Source: Dicyema japonicum (taxonomy: Eukaryota > Animalia > Dicyemida). From it: a DNA stretch of 64,000 nt. Made by a program: the position numbers and the translations under genes. This document shows positions 13,017-25,730 of the stretch, piece after piece. The notes under the pieces were generated by a model. The model was not told the DNA's origin, did no database searches, and worked only from the letters and a program-made list of their open reading frames with translations. Position 1 is the first letter of the stretch. Each line of letters starts with the position of its first letter. The DNA lies in assembly GCA_011109175.1 (NCBI GenBank), contig RDEW01000036.1, positions 535,737-599,736 on the forward strand, given 5' to 3'.

Positions 13017-13249
13017 AAGTTGAAGCACCATTACTGTAGTCCCCATACAAGCCCACCAGGGACCTTTTGCCTGCTACGTTTCCGTCCTGAGCCACTACAG
13101 TCCTCATTATACCAACCTGATCACAAAACCTTCGTTAAGCAACCATGTCTAGGCACACAGTACAGGGGCAGTAGGCACCACAACGACCAGCAAGCTGGCC
13201 AATTATTTATATTTATTGTATTATTGTTTATTTTTTTTTATTTATATCT

Positions 13250-13680
13250 ATCGACAATAAATAGGACGCTAGAGACATTTGGATATAGTTTTAAGAAGAT
13301 TCAATTTGTACCTATGGCGAGAAATTCTACAATAAATATGGAAGAAAGATATGCCAGAAAAATAATTGAAATTGATAATCAACGGCTTATTTTTATAGAC
13401 GAAATAGGAGTCAATTTTTCGATGAGATCCAAATTTGGAAGATCTATAAAAGGAGTTACTCCGAAAAAATGTATTAGAAACATAAGAGAGAAAATTTTTT
13501 CTATTTGTGCTGCTATTTCAGTGGACAGCCTTTTACATTACGAAATCAATTCCTCCCTTTATCGCACGGAGACGTTCATTGATTTTGTAATACAGCTTAA
13601 TTATAAGCTTAAACATGCAGGGGAAAAAGTATGGTTATATGTTATTATTTAAGACATTGCACTGAGGCTCTTTTGTAAAT
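13250..13680 (+). mobile_element. IS630/Tc1-superfamily transposase fragment
   Basis: STINRTLETFGYSFKK, LIFIDEIGVN, GRSIKG, FSICAAIS, TETFIDFV. Confidence 0.8.
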
Positions 13681-13919
13681 AGCAGACAGATATATTGTAT
13701 ATTGTTAGATCGCATGTCAGTTGGTGTTTCTTTTAAGGCTCTTCAATTAAATATCCCAGAGTGAACGGAGAAGTCGGTAAGGAATACGAATAAGACATAA
13801 TGCAATAGAAACGTCGTCACTACCTCAACCAAAAAGCCTGCCTCGGATGAAAGAGATAATATAAAGATTATCATATAAGATCGAAATTTTTAAACTAAAA
13901 ATATTCATTTGATTTCATT

Positions 13920-14270
13920 CTAATAGTAATTAACGGCGGAACATTTCCCTCCCTGTCGACCAATTTTGATCTCAACTTCTCGGACGCCTGTTTCTGACCG
14001 ACGCAAACCGAAGGATCGGATTTCTGTTATTCAACTGAACGGATTAAAGGGAAAATTAATGAACTTAGCACTCAACCAGGGGCCATGGAAGGATCGCTCT
14101 CGTCAAACAAAGAAATCGTCTCAAAAGGAGGGGGAGATTTTTTCCCGAAGCAGAGTCATTATAAAATCGCTGAGCAATGAAATTAAAGCTAAAGAATTCA
14201 AAATACAGAGAACAAAATGGACACGTGTCATCATGCTTTCTGTAAAAAGTGAAGGAAATCCTGAGTAAAA
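13920..14270 (+). mobile_element. Internally deleted Jockey/I-group LINE piece (APE start joined to the post-APE region)
   Basis: QLNG(I/L)KGKI(N)EL joined to IKSLSNEIKAKEFKIQRTKW, which is homologous to 6420-6520. The first about 170 bp recur at 23185-23335. Confidence 0.6.
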
Positions 14271-14759
14271 CCAGGTAAACAAATTCACGGGGGACTGATG
14301 CGATTTTTCCATACTTATTATTTCATGAACTACAATTCGATTCCAACGGTAGGTCGCGAACATCCGGCCTACATTGAAAACGGGAAAACCGATAGGACTT
14401 GACTTTAATCAGACCAGTTTTACTAATCTGTTCAATGTCCAAAATTTTGGAGAAGCTTTTCCTTGTGAAAATTATAGACATTCTTCTTGATAGACAGTTC
14501 CAGCATGGATTAAAAAAATATTGATCAACCACACGCCATATAATCTCCGTGAGTGACTTCATTCACTCTGGTTTTTTCGAAATTTCAGATATCAGTAGCC
14601 CTTTCTATGAACAGTGGACATATTTAAAGCCTTCGACTCCACTGGACACGCCTTTGAATGGATACTTGCCAAATTCAACTATTAATTTTTTCAAGTTAAA
14701 ATATTACCAATTCCTAATTCATTTAATTGAATCTAAATATTAAAGCGGACCAATAAGGT

Positions 14760-15310
14760 TCAATCTGTAGTAGAGATCACCAGGGTCCAAATCAAGGTAG
14801 ACAATGTTATCAGTACCTCGGTGCTAGTCAAGCACAATAAACCGGACATTGTGGAACACGATAAGGAGTCTGGCCAAGTCCTTATCATAGAGGTTGGCAT
14901 TACGTCTCAAGACCGTTTGCAGACTGTGGAGGTGGAGAAAAAATGGAAGTGTGACTTGCTTGCAAACGAAATGAGGCAGATGCTTGTTTGCATGGTCATC
15001 GTTATTCCAATAGTGATGACGTGGGAAGGAATTGCAACAAAGTACCACAAGGGTTATCTGAAGCTGTTAGGGGTAGATAGAAAGCTCCAGGTCTATCTAC
15101 AGTCCACTGTATTAAAGCGGACCCTAGAGAGCCTGACACAGGAGTATAAGGGGCAGAGCCCGGAGATGCCATATGGGCAGAGGGTTCATTGGACAAGGCG
15201 TTCTCGGAGTTGTTTTAGCAACCAGAATCGAACCTACCTGAGGAGGCTGGCGAACAGGCAGGCTAGGTAGGTAGTCGATTATTAAATATTAACTTTTTAT
15301 TGTTGGTTAA
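14760..15310 (+). mobile_element. R4/Dong-like RLE retrotransposon, 3' fragment
   Basis: KHNKPDIV...LIIEVGITSQDRLQTVEVEKKWKCDLL...IPIVMTWEG. Confidence 0.85.
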
Positions 15311-15329
15311 ATAAAGTGGGAATTTAATT

Positions 15330-17930
15330 AAAAAATTAACAAATTATTATTTTACTATTTTAAAAGGTTAATTCTAATTAAAATTTTTTCTATCCAATTC
15401 TTTTCCTCTTCGAGCAACTATGGGAGTAAACCCAATTGTCACAGTCCTTTTCTTATTCCTCATTATATATTGACACCACTTCGCTAACACTCTTCTCTTG
15501 AATTTCTTCATAATCAGACCGAGAGTAAATTTTCTTTATCCTTTCGTTAAGTTTATCATAACGCCGCGAATCGTCGACTTCGTTCTTATATGATATAATC
15601 ATACTCTCCAAAGTCTTCTTGATTACCAGCGATTGAGCATACGCATACGTTTCTTCACTTATATTTAAAGATCTGGCATACTTCCACGAATGTGAAGTCA
15701 CTAGGCCATCCCAGTGAGTACAATCGGACAATCTTGACCTCTGCGTAGTGTATCAACTCCAGCTCTTTGGAAAGAAGGTCATATTTCCTCAGCTTTTCGC
15801 ATTCCATTTGCTGTAGATTTTGGGAAGATGTTATTCCCACTTCGACCAAGATAATTTTGTTTCTCCTTTTATCAAAAACAAACAGTCTGGCTTGTTATGC
15901 TCAATAATTATGTCCGTTTAAAAAAAAAGTGTCAACTCTGATTTCAACTGAGTCATTCATTACAATGGATTGCACTGAATGAGCTTCAGTTTTTTCGTTT
16001 TTGAGACCAAACTCTCTGCAAAAGTGGAAATGTAGACACCTCACGACTTCGTTATGTCTTCTTACATAATCCCCATGCAACATCTTTTCACACCTTGTGG
16101 CACAATGATTCAAAGTCTTCTTCCATTTTTTACAATGGGTGCACATTGCATTTTGTTCTCCAAAGAACAGATTCCTATTTTGAATAAGGAAGAATAAGGC
16201 TTCCGACATTGGGAAGTTATCCTTCTTTAGAAACCAATGAGGAAAAAGCTCGATGTTCACATAATTTTTTAACAAATTTTTATAAATAACGGAATGAAGA
16301 CTTTTCAATCTTATTTAATTCATTAAACCTTTTTTTTGCATTTTCGAAATCAATTTTCTATCCAACTCTAAAGTGTCGTAAACAGAACATTTTTGCCTTA
16401 GAAATTCTTCAATTAATGCCAAATGTGTTTTCTCTGAAATTTCGGCTTGAAGAATTGCGGGACTTCTATTGCAAACAGTACTTCTGAGTTTCAAATCATG
16501 AAAAATCTATATAACATCTTCACTTAAAAGAGAGATTGAGTGTAGCACTCTCCCAAGGTAATTCCTCGTTAAATAAAGCCTCTGCTTAGATGCAGGTTTA
16601 AGATGGACTCGATGTTTAATCAATATGGTGCGGATAGCTTAAAAAATCAAATCGTATTCACAAGGTTCCACATTAATGAGTCCAATATAATAGTTATATA
16701 AAGACAGAGCATGCTCATTAATAGCCTTTAACAAATTCACTGCATTTAGTTTGGTATTCACCGAGTTTCTCAATTCTCTGGTTTACTTACGAAGAAATTA
16801 TTTTTAACATTTCTGGCACTTGAATTTGTCCAGAAGGACCTTCCAATACACCGAGGTATTTATATCCATTCCCTTAACAACTTGGCTTCATCTGATAACA
16901 AGACATTTGTAGCGGACTTTTCTAGATTCCTTTCCAGCCCTACAGCACTGAAGTACAAATTAACATCTTCCATCATTATGATTGACAATAACATCTTCAC
17001 TAGTCGAAATAAGTTTTAAATCGTCAATAAAAGTATGATTAGTTGAGAATGACGAGACAGACTGATCATCATGTAAAACGGAGACTTTTGGATACTTGTA
17101 TATTAATAAACGGCTAAGTGGGTCAAGCACTATGACAAATAACATGGGGATAGACTATCCCCTGCAAAATTTCCCTTTCAATCTGAATATCACGAATATT
17201 TTCATTATTCAACATTAGTTTCACTCTCCAATGCATAATCAGTAATCTCACAACTTTAATAATCCATTCGGGGATCCGGATTTTTGAAGGACTTCCATTA
17301 AAAAGTTGTGGTCAACTGAGTCAAATGCTTTTTTGACGTCAATCCATGCAGCATGTAATCCACCTCCATTTACTTTATTAAGTGATTTATTGACTAGTGC
17401 CTGTTCTATAGCACCCTGACATCTCTTCTTGTTCCCATCTGCTTTTCAGAAAGAAGGCCAAACGCTTCCACACAATCCGCTAGCTTGGCATTGATACACT
17501 TCGTCATAAGTATATAGAGTGACGACATGCATGTAATAGGGCGTAAGTCCTTTGGCGACTGTGGCGTTTCGCATTTTGGATCAAGTACGTAATTCCAGTA
17601 AAAACCAGTTTCCAGGGACGTACTCTCCGTTCACAATCCTAATCATTTCGGTATGGAATTCATGCAGCGAGGTAAATTTCTTAAGGAAGAAATTGTAGAT
17701 CCCATCACAACCTGGGGCCTTCCAATTAGGCAAATATTGAATCGTTTGTTCAAATAAATTTTTCGAGAATTCAACAGACACATTTTCAACACCAGCCATT
17801 CTTTTTTTGCAACCAACAATCGACAAAGCATGGCACGCCATAGACTTCTCGTCAGTAGAAGGAGTCTTCGTAAAAAACTTTTCAATAAAAACAGAATGTG
17901 ATTTCATAATACATTAAAAAAATATTTTGG
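15330..17930 (-). mobile_element. R4/Dong-like RLE retrotransposon, long frameshifted RT+CCHC+RLE ORF
   Basis: NWKAPGCDGIYNFFLKK, WIDVKKAFDSVDH, QGDSLSP.LFVIVLDPL, FIDDLKL, GYKYLG, CTHC...HCATRC...RHNEV, VEVGIT...EKLRKYDLL, WDGLVT. Confidence 0.9.
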
Positions 17931-18265
17931 AAGAATACTAATTTGAAAATGTTTTTATTCGAGATGTATCATTTGCGAAAATTGAAAGCCATATAAAAAA
18001 CACAAAGAGCGACCTCTGGATTAAGGTAATTAGATAAGGAGGCAATTTGTGAGTTCTACAGTAAAAAAGGATTTTCTACATTCTACAGTTCTACAGTAAA
18101 GTTCTACAGAATAAATGGTTAAGAAACAAACACCAAGAGACCTGTATTAAACCAGTAAAAAGCACTAAAGTGAAGAGCTCTTTCATCCTCCGGGAAGTGC
18201 TACTGCTGAATCATTCTCTTTAGAAAACAAGACTCCGCATAAGACAGAACCTGTTAAACCAGCGA

Positions 18266-19050
18266 ATGTCATTACAAAACACGATCCCAAGGAAATGTCC
18301 AAAATATATGGATGAACTAATGAAATCCGATCATTCAGAGAACAAGACTATATTAATTAAAGTGAATTCTACTATGAATACGATTAAAATCGCAAACTTT
18401 TTACAATACTATGACCGATACGGATCTATGAGGATAAGCCACAGAGGACCGGGCTCTTTCCTACTGGATTTCCTGAATAACTCCCATGTAGCCACCTTTA
18501 TAGAAGCGGTGAATGAGACCTGCCCCTTTGGTAATGACAATCACCATTTCAAGATAATCTCAACAAAACCGTCTAAGATTGTCCTAAGGAACTTCCCCTT
18601 TTGGGTGAAGGAGGACGACCTCTTGGACTACTTTCAAAAGATGGCTTTCTCAGTCACGAAGGTTACCCGAATGACCAGAAGATTGCAGCCATGCCATTGG
18701 CGAAGGCCACGATCAATATGAAGTCGGAGGCTACATCACTAATACGATGTGGCTTCTACATCGAGAAAACAAGATTTCTTGTGAATGGATGCGAAGAGGA
18801 CCACCGATCTGCTACAGCTGTCAGCAAATCGGCCACTTTGCAACCAGTGCACGGGAAAGAAAAAATGCTTACGTTGCGCGGAAGAACACGACACCACCAA
18901 ATGTAATGCGGATCCAACTCTTGAACGAAAATGTGTTAACTGCGGGTCAACACGACACGGCGCAAGATACGAAGGATGCCCTGTATTCATGGAGGCCAGA
19001 CGAAAGTTAAACTCCCGAATCGACGACAGGGAACCAAAATAGACAGATAT
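18266..19050 (+). mobile_element. Jockey/I-type ORF1 (gag-like) with zinc knuckles, frameshifted
   Basis: CYSCQQIGHFAT, CLRCAEEHDTTKC and CVNCGSTRHGARYEGCPV, preceded by KIVLRNFP. Confidence 0.85.
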
Positions 19051-19249
19051 TATAACCAAGAAATTGGAACTGCCAGCCTAAAAAAGGATAATTGGTCCAA
19101 GAACTAACAAGTACGAAGCTGCATAGAAATTCCATGGGTCGAAGGTGCAGAAGCTGGTACTGGAACCACATTGTTCTACAGTGAAGTTCTACAGATACGT
19201 GAGCCAAAAATTATTATGAATATACAAAAATCTCTTTGACCAAACCAGA

Positions 19250-21440
19250 AGGAGGATCGTGCTCTATGGAAGAAGCTCCAGCTATCTTTAAGAAGCAACT
19301 GGAGTATATCCAGGGGGTCGACCCAATGGAGCTAATCCTAGGGGAAAGTTGAAAGCTACAGAAGAACTCCTAACGTACTCTCTAAATGATCTTAATGATA
19401 CCAAAATGGAGATAACGACAGAGGACGTTATAAATGCGATCAGAACATGCAAGGCCAACGCCCCTGGACATGATCATATAAGTATGAGATTGTTCAAAAC
19501 CGGATGATCTGCTGCTTGTGCTGAGGAATCTATTTAACACGAGTATTATTCATGGATATGTCCCAATACGATGGAAATGTTCTATTATCAGAATGGTACT
19601 CAAACCGGAAAAGTCGGGGAGGAACTCTCAACTATAGACCGATCAGCCTCATTTGGTCTATATCCAAGATTGCTGAGCAAATTATCTTCAAGAGGCTGAA
19701 CGATCACATAAAAGAAAGTGGATTCCTCCTCGCGGAACAATGGGGCTTCAGACCTGGAAAATCCTGTACGGACTGCATCTACCAGATGCACTCGACGGTA
19801 TTGAGAGGTCTGGAATTAAGAGACAAGTCAACCTAGTATGTCTGGATCTGTCTAAAGCAGAGCTTTTCAAAAAATAATTCTCGCGGCACACTAATCGTAA
19901 AAAAAATAATCCACGGCACACATTAAAAAATAAAAAAATTAAATTTTTAAGATGTGTAAAACTAAGTACAAAAATTGGTAATTTAATGCCCAAATTTTTA
20001 TTAATAAAAAAATGAATTCTTAATTATTATTGTTTTTGCATATATCATCAATATCAGGTCGAATGGTTGACAAAGGCACTCTCATTTCAGCACAAATCGG
20101 ACGAGAAACAGTGTTATCTGACAAAGGTATCTTCATTATTTTTTGTTCATATTTATGACCAAACATAGTCCGAGCAATAATACGACAAGCAGGGATTATC
20201 AAGTTTTCGCCAATAATGTGAGGTTTTAGTTGTTTTGCTATCACTTCTGAGATCAGGTATGAACATTTCAATGATTCCTTTGTGTTTAAAAAAGTTTCAC
20301 TGAACATCAGATCTACGATTCATAGTAAAAACTTAAGTTGTTTTTTTCAAATGGATAAAATAATCCACAGATTTTTCGGAATAGTCCGGATGCTTGGAAG
20401 TAAAATGTCTCTTTAGTTTGCTAAAAACCATAGCATCATTTGCAAAGACTCTCATGCAAATTAGACATTGAGGTAGTTTATTTTTATCTTTGCATATAAA
20501 TCCAAATGACAAAAAAGAATCTTTATAAAAACGACGAACTGATCCATAAGCACGTTGATGCGCACGTTATTAAAAAATTAATAAATAATGGTTAACCAAT
20601 GTAAATGTCATTAATATATAATAAAAAAATGATTATTTTAATTTTAGTAATTATTTTAATTTGTTTATCTTTTTAAATTAATTAGGTCAAAAAATGCATA
20701 TAAATTTATTCAAATTTGTATTTGGCAGGCGGCACACTAGAAATTGTCTTGCGGCACACCGTTTGATAACCTCTGGTCTAAAGCTTTTGATAGCGTGTGG
20801 CATGAAGCCCTCCTATCAAGGCTAGCAGCTGCTAATATCCATAAGAAACACTTCATATGGATCAATAACTTTCTAACGGAACGAACTTCTCGAATACGTG
20901 TCGGACCATATATGTCAAAAGATATTGCATTGAAGAGGAGGCATCGTGTACAACCTTATTCACTTGGCATCCCAAAAGTGAATTCACTTCGCTACCTCAA
21001 GATAGTCATCGATGGAGAAGGTTCCTTCATGGAAGATATCGGACGAAGAAGGAAGAAAGCGCTACAAGCGCTTTTCTGTACAAGGAAGCTATCCGTAAGC
21101 TTGGAGACCTTCCTATTTGTTTTCACGAGAGTTATTCTGCCGGAACTATTGTATGGATGCGAAGCATGGTTTTTCTCACGCCATAGAGAAGGAATTATAC
21201 TTCTTATGGAAAAATCAAGAAGGTCAGCAATAAAGCTGGCCTTGGGGAAAAAACTATTCAACACCCTTAGTATAGAAGAAGATAAAATCTTTACTCTGGT
21301 GAGATACATTGTGGAGAAGAGGATCGATGGGATCCACATATAGGATAAAAAAATGGAGATGAGGTACGTCGGAAGAGTCCAGGCCGCATTGGCGGACTCG
21401 CATAAACCTTTTAATTATCTCCTATAATACGCTTAAATAA
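19250..21440 (+). mobile_element. RT of the same Jockey-like LINE, internally deleted and split by a hAT insertion
   Basis: APGHD, YRPISL, QWGFRPGKSC, then LDLSK|AFDSVWHEALL across the insertion, and LPELLYGCEAW. Confidence 0.85.
19858..20775 (-). mobile_element. Non-autonomous Buster-type hAT element, 918 bp
   Basis: 8-bp TSD GTCTAAAG (19850-19857 and 20776-20783); TIRs CAGAGCTTTTCAAA / TTTGATAACCTCTG. The transposase N-terminus (PQCLIC...KLKRH, KPHIIGENLIIPAC, IPLSDNTVSR) is fused to the extreme C-terminus (LSTIRPDIDDICK). Confidence 0.92.
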
Positions 21441-21799
21441 AGATTGGTTCGGTTCAGTTAGAGAAGAAGTTAGTTTAAATTAGAAAATGGATTAGGGTAA
21501 TTAGAAGAGTTAGTTTGAATTAGAGAATGAATTATGGTGCATTTGATCCATTTAAACTAAGAAAGCATATCTTATAGGCATTAAAATTCGTCTCCTCCTT
21601 ACTTTATTGGAAGGGGATTCATATTGGCGGATAGTTGATTTAATTGAAATAAATGTTTATGAGTTTAAGGGAATAATATAATTTGCTAAAATCAATTCAT
21701 GGAATTGAATACCTAATACCCCAACAAACAAAATCAATCCTCAATAGGATTACTTACGTACACACAAAATATATAAAACTATTACGAAATGCCTAGGAA

Positions 21800-22212
21800 A
21801 TGTTCTCAAATTTTATTTTGTTTCTTATTCTATTAATTGTACCAAAAAAAAACTATAGCTCTAATTACTAAAGCACCAACAACAACGTCTAACACAACCC
21901 AACCTCCAACAACAACATATAACAACCCAAACTTACGAGGAATCTTTCAACTATAACAACCCAACCACCAACAACAACATCTAACACAACCCAACCTCCA
22001 ACAACAACTCCTATGTCTACAACTACTCAACTCCCAACAACAACTCCTATGGCTACAACAACCCAACCCACAACACTTCCTCTATGTAGAACAACTACTA
22101 CAACTACTCCAACAAGATCAGGAATCGGAGCAAATACAATTTCAGGAAAACTATGTAATCTTTCACATCACTTTTAGTTGTTCTTTCAGTAATAATCATG
22201 GTAGTTCGGTAA
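21800..22212 (+). pseudogene. Mucin-like gene copy 2, frameshifted as assembled (possibly sequencing error)
   Basis: Paralogue of 11864-12270. An A9 tract at 21844-21852 shifts the frame and a -1 change follows. The same 23-nt intron lies at 22155-22177 and the tail reads FVLSVIIMVVR*. Confidence 0.65.
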
Positions 22213-23184
22213 AAAACCTACGATTCTAACATATTAACATTTAATTTGATTAATTTTGATTGTTCGGTTAATTGGGGTACTCGGAGAAATAGTTGAAATG
22301 GAGATCGAACGTGACAAATTTTCCCTCTTGATTACTGATTCTGATATATGACAAGTGGTGTGTGATAACATAAATTTTAGGGAAATTCACTTAATTTGTT
22401 TTGTACTTTTCTTTTTCATGTAAAATTCCATTTACTCCACATTTGTTCTTTTTAAAATAAAATCACATTTTGACAAAGTCTACTAATTTCGGAAAGAATG
22501 GACTTTGTTGTAATTTGGGGGAGATTATTTTAACAACTATAATAAACTTTATTAACATGGAAGGTTAAGAGGGTATCAAGTTGACGATTCTTTCTACAAG
22601 TCCTCCATAGCTTGGACTTTCATCTGTGACCTCAGACCACTCTTGCGACATACACGTAAGGATAGATCTCCTTTCAGAAAGTTTGCCATCCTTTTCTCTG
22701 CTATTTCTCTAATCGACACTACTCTTTGTCCTCATCTAACGTCTCAGTTTGTGTAAGGCAATCTTGATCCCTCTCCCTTAGATTTTTAAAGAAGCAAAAT
22801 AAAACACTCTATGTATGTAGTGTAATACCATCCTCAGAGGAGCCATGGAATGATCGTACTTGAAAAATAAATAAAAATATATTCCTTCGAGTTTGAATTT
22901 CTTCATACCGATTTCGCGTGGTGTGTTGATTTTTCTACGGAGGAAACATTTTTATACTTGGAACAAATTTACTTCAAAGCAGATCCTTATAAAGTGAATA
23001 TATTCCCAAAAACTTAAAATGTGATTTTAAAAAATATTTAAATAACAGTTTTCCCGCCATCTGTCTATGCAAATCTTTAAAGTTGTTCTGCCTTGGATGA
23101 AAGATTTACTAATATCAAAAATTTTCACAAAATATCGAATTTTTTAAAATGAAAACATTAATGTCTATTTGATTCCATTCTATC

Positions 23185-23335
23185 AGTAATTAACGGTGGA
23201 ACATTTCCATCCCTGTCAACCAGTTCTGGTCTCGGCTTCTCGTTCGCCTGTTTCTGACCGACGCAAACCGAAGGATCAGATCTCAATTATTCAGCTGAAC
23301 GGGATTAAAGGGAAAATTAATGAACTTAGCATTTA
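23185..23335 (+). mobile_element. LINE 5' fragment (APE start), duplicate of 13920-14090
   Basis: Near-identical sequence ending at QLNGIKGKINELS. Confidence 0.6.
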
Positions 23336-24289
23336 TTTAGAAATTAAATAGTTATATACTAATCATTCAAAAATCGAAGTTATCGGCTTCATGAATTTAA
23401 CAGACAGCAGTTTGACTGATTTATAGCTGGAGACTTTTTCCTCCGTTGACAAAACGGTTCCCTATATAAGGGGTCGCAGCCAGTCTCTTTGAGTTTTTTA
23501 TTTGGATCTTTCAATCATCGCAAATGATCACTTACATCTCCAATAAAAACATTTTAAAATAGTGTTCTTCCAAATTTTAAAAATCTCGCTTAATCATAAA
23601 TTCTGTTTGTGGATCTACAATTATGTCTATTAATATGAAAATAAGTAAAGAATCTGACAGAAAACGTCTTTTTCAGCCTCAATGGACTGAGACTTTTGCC
23701 ATCATGTCAGATCACCTTCAAAAATGTTTCCTTTGCCATGAAACATTCACCGAGAACAAAAATTCAAATCTGGAGAACTCTTTTATTCAAATAGTGGTAA
23801 TTTTCAAGAAAATATCCAATTGGCGATGCACGAAACTATCTGTGGAAGAACTCCTAAAAATATTAAAAAGTTGAAAATTATTGGAACCAGTTTCCAAGAC
23901 TACTAATATTGGAAAATTCATCGTCAGTCATTATTGCAAAAATGGGGAAACCATTCACAGATGGTGAATACATCAAATCCTGTCTTATAAAATTGTCACT
24001 ATTCCAAGTAATTTTTAAAAGTTTTTAAAAATTACTGAAAATTTCGGAATTGGCAAATTTAAGAGAGTTTACTGTATTTCTCTTTTTTCAGAACAAATCG
24101 AATACATCTACAATGTGCAAGTTGGAAATGTCAAATTTTGCGAAAGACGACAACTTAAGCCGACCATCTTATGAAGTATAGAATTATTTTAATTGTTATC
24201 TTGTAACATGCTGTAGAGAGGCACATACAATTGCCGAAAATCTTTATATCCACGAACAAATGTCTAAGTTTATCAAGAAACGAAAATTT

Positions 24290-24490
24290 CAAATTTACAA
24301 AAATTTGGAAAACAATCTTTAGTTACAGAGAATTGCATATTTGGTTTCAATTTATGAAAAAACCACGACGCACGTGAAACCCGATGGCTTCTCCAGTTGA
24401 TCTCCGTTGCAATCGTAAGAGGCAACGCAACGTCGATAATCTCGGCGGGGTTCACTTTGGATGGATGGCTGTGTTAATTTTTTTATTAAC
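24290..24490 (+). mobile_element. CRE-like 3' terminal fragment
   Basis: HDARETRWLLQLISVAIVRGNATSIISAG. Confidence 0.7.
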
Positions 24491-24509
24491 CTCGGATACA
24501 CCGAGAAAG

Positions 24510-24780
24510 AAGTTAAAGTAAACAACTAATTAAGTGTATCCAGTTTCCACTTCTACAGAGTCCATCCGGAATCAACATAAAAGGTAAGACGTCATTACAT
24601 GCAGTTGTGGAAACCCCTCCAGTGGAGTGGGGAAGAGCAAATGATCTTTTTCGTGCCGGCTGCACTGGGCGTCACCTAGACGGGTGGATCACATGACGCC
24701 ACTCTATTAGGAAGAGAGAGGAAGAACAGACAAACAAGCAGAAAACTTCAACCAATTAACCACACAGCACCACATGGCGC
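24510..24780 (-). mobile_element. Second copy of the short LINE-derived repeat at 4535-4800
   Basis: High nucleotide similarity over about 250 bp, with similar boundaries. Confidence 0.6.
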
Positions 24781-25029
24781 CAATTGTTTTAAATAAATAT
24801 TAAATTTTAATTTATGAGAAACTGAATATATTTACATTTTCGCTACAAGGAAAATGCAAAACTGTTTGATTTTGAACGATAAAGTAATAAAAACGGAAAA
24901 TCGAATTTTGTCGTTTATCCGTAAATAAAATGCTTTGCTGTTTTGCAAGAGTATTTTAATGAATCAAATGCGCATTGGACGATACAGTACTTCAGGACAT
25001 CAAAGATCATTTGGTAATTTTGGATGATG

Positions 25030-25730
25030 ACTGGGGAGATTTTTGTCAATAAAGTCAAAATTTGATGTTTTTTAAAATTGTCTAAAACTTTAAAAAATGT
25101 GGTTTTTAGTCAAAAATATCGAAAGTCTATTGTTAGAAAATATCCTGATAAATTTTCTATCAACTCACAAGGAAATCTTTTTTGCAATTTATGTAGACAT
25201 TTGTAACTGCAAAAAAGAATTTTTTAATTAAAATACATCAAATTAGCAGGTTTATTATTTTTATTACTATTTTACAGCCGTCAACAAAATAAAACTAACT
25301 GATTTTCTCGTCCCATCTGCCATTCATGAGTCGATATAGTCACTAAGGCTTTTGTGGAATCCGATATTCCCTTGCATAAGTTAAACAGTAAACTTACGAG
25401 ACTTGTTTAGAGAATTGGACATAATCTTCCTTCTACTTACCCTTGGCGAAAAAGTGTAGAAAATTTATGGCAGAAGCAGAGTGACATAATTAAGCAATTT
25501 TTGAGGTTTTATTTTCATATATATCTAAAGACCGAAATTTTAAACTCGAAAACGTTTTGAATTACATTATTCTGTATTTAATAAAAATTTTGAGTTGTTT
25601 TTATACTAAAAATTATTTTGTAGATATATATATCATAAAGTCAAAAAATCAAAATTTTGAACTTTTAAAGTCAATAAATCATTTTTAGGTCAAAATATCC
25701 GATTTATAATGTCAAAAAATCGTCCTAATG
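25030..25730 (+). mobile_element. Non-autonomous element with CGGBP1-like hAT transposase remnant and AT-rich modular ends
   Basis: KAFVESDIPLHKLNSK remnant. Imperfect inverted termini GGGGAGATTTTTGTCAATAAAGTC / GTCAAAAAATCGTCCTAA, with repeated TTTGACTTT(A) motifs. Related sequence at 44130-44250 and 53283-54565. Confidence 0.5.

Noticed and set aside
24380-24460. Recurrent GC-rich 80-bp motif (also 42560, 54315, 63400) as an HDV-like ribozyme or ncRNA
   Set aside because: No consistent double-pseudoknot could be built. The differences among copies fit coding constraint on the CRE C-terminal ISVAIVRGNA motif.
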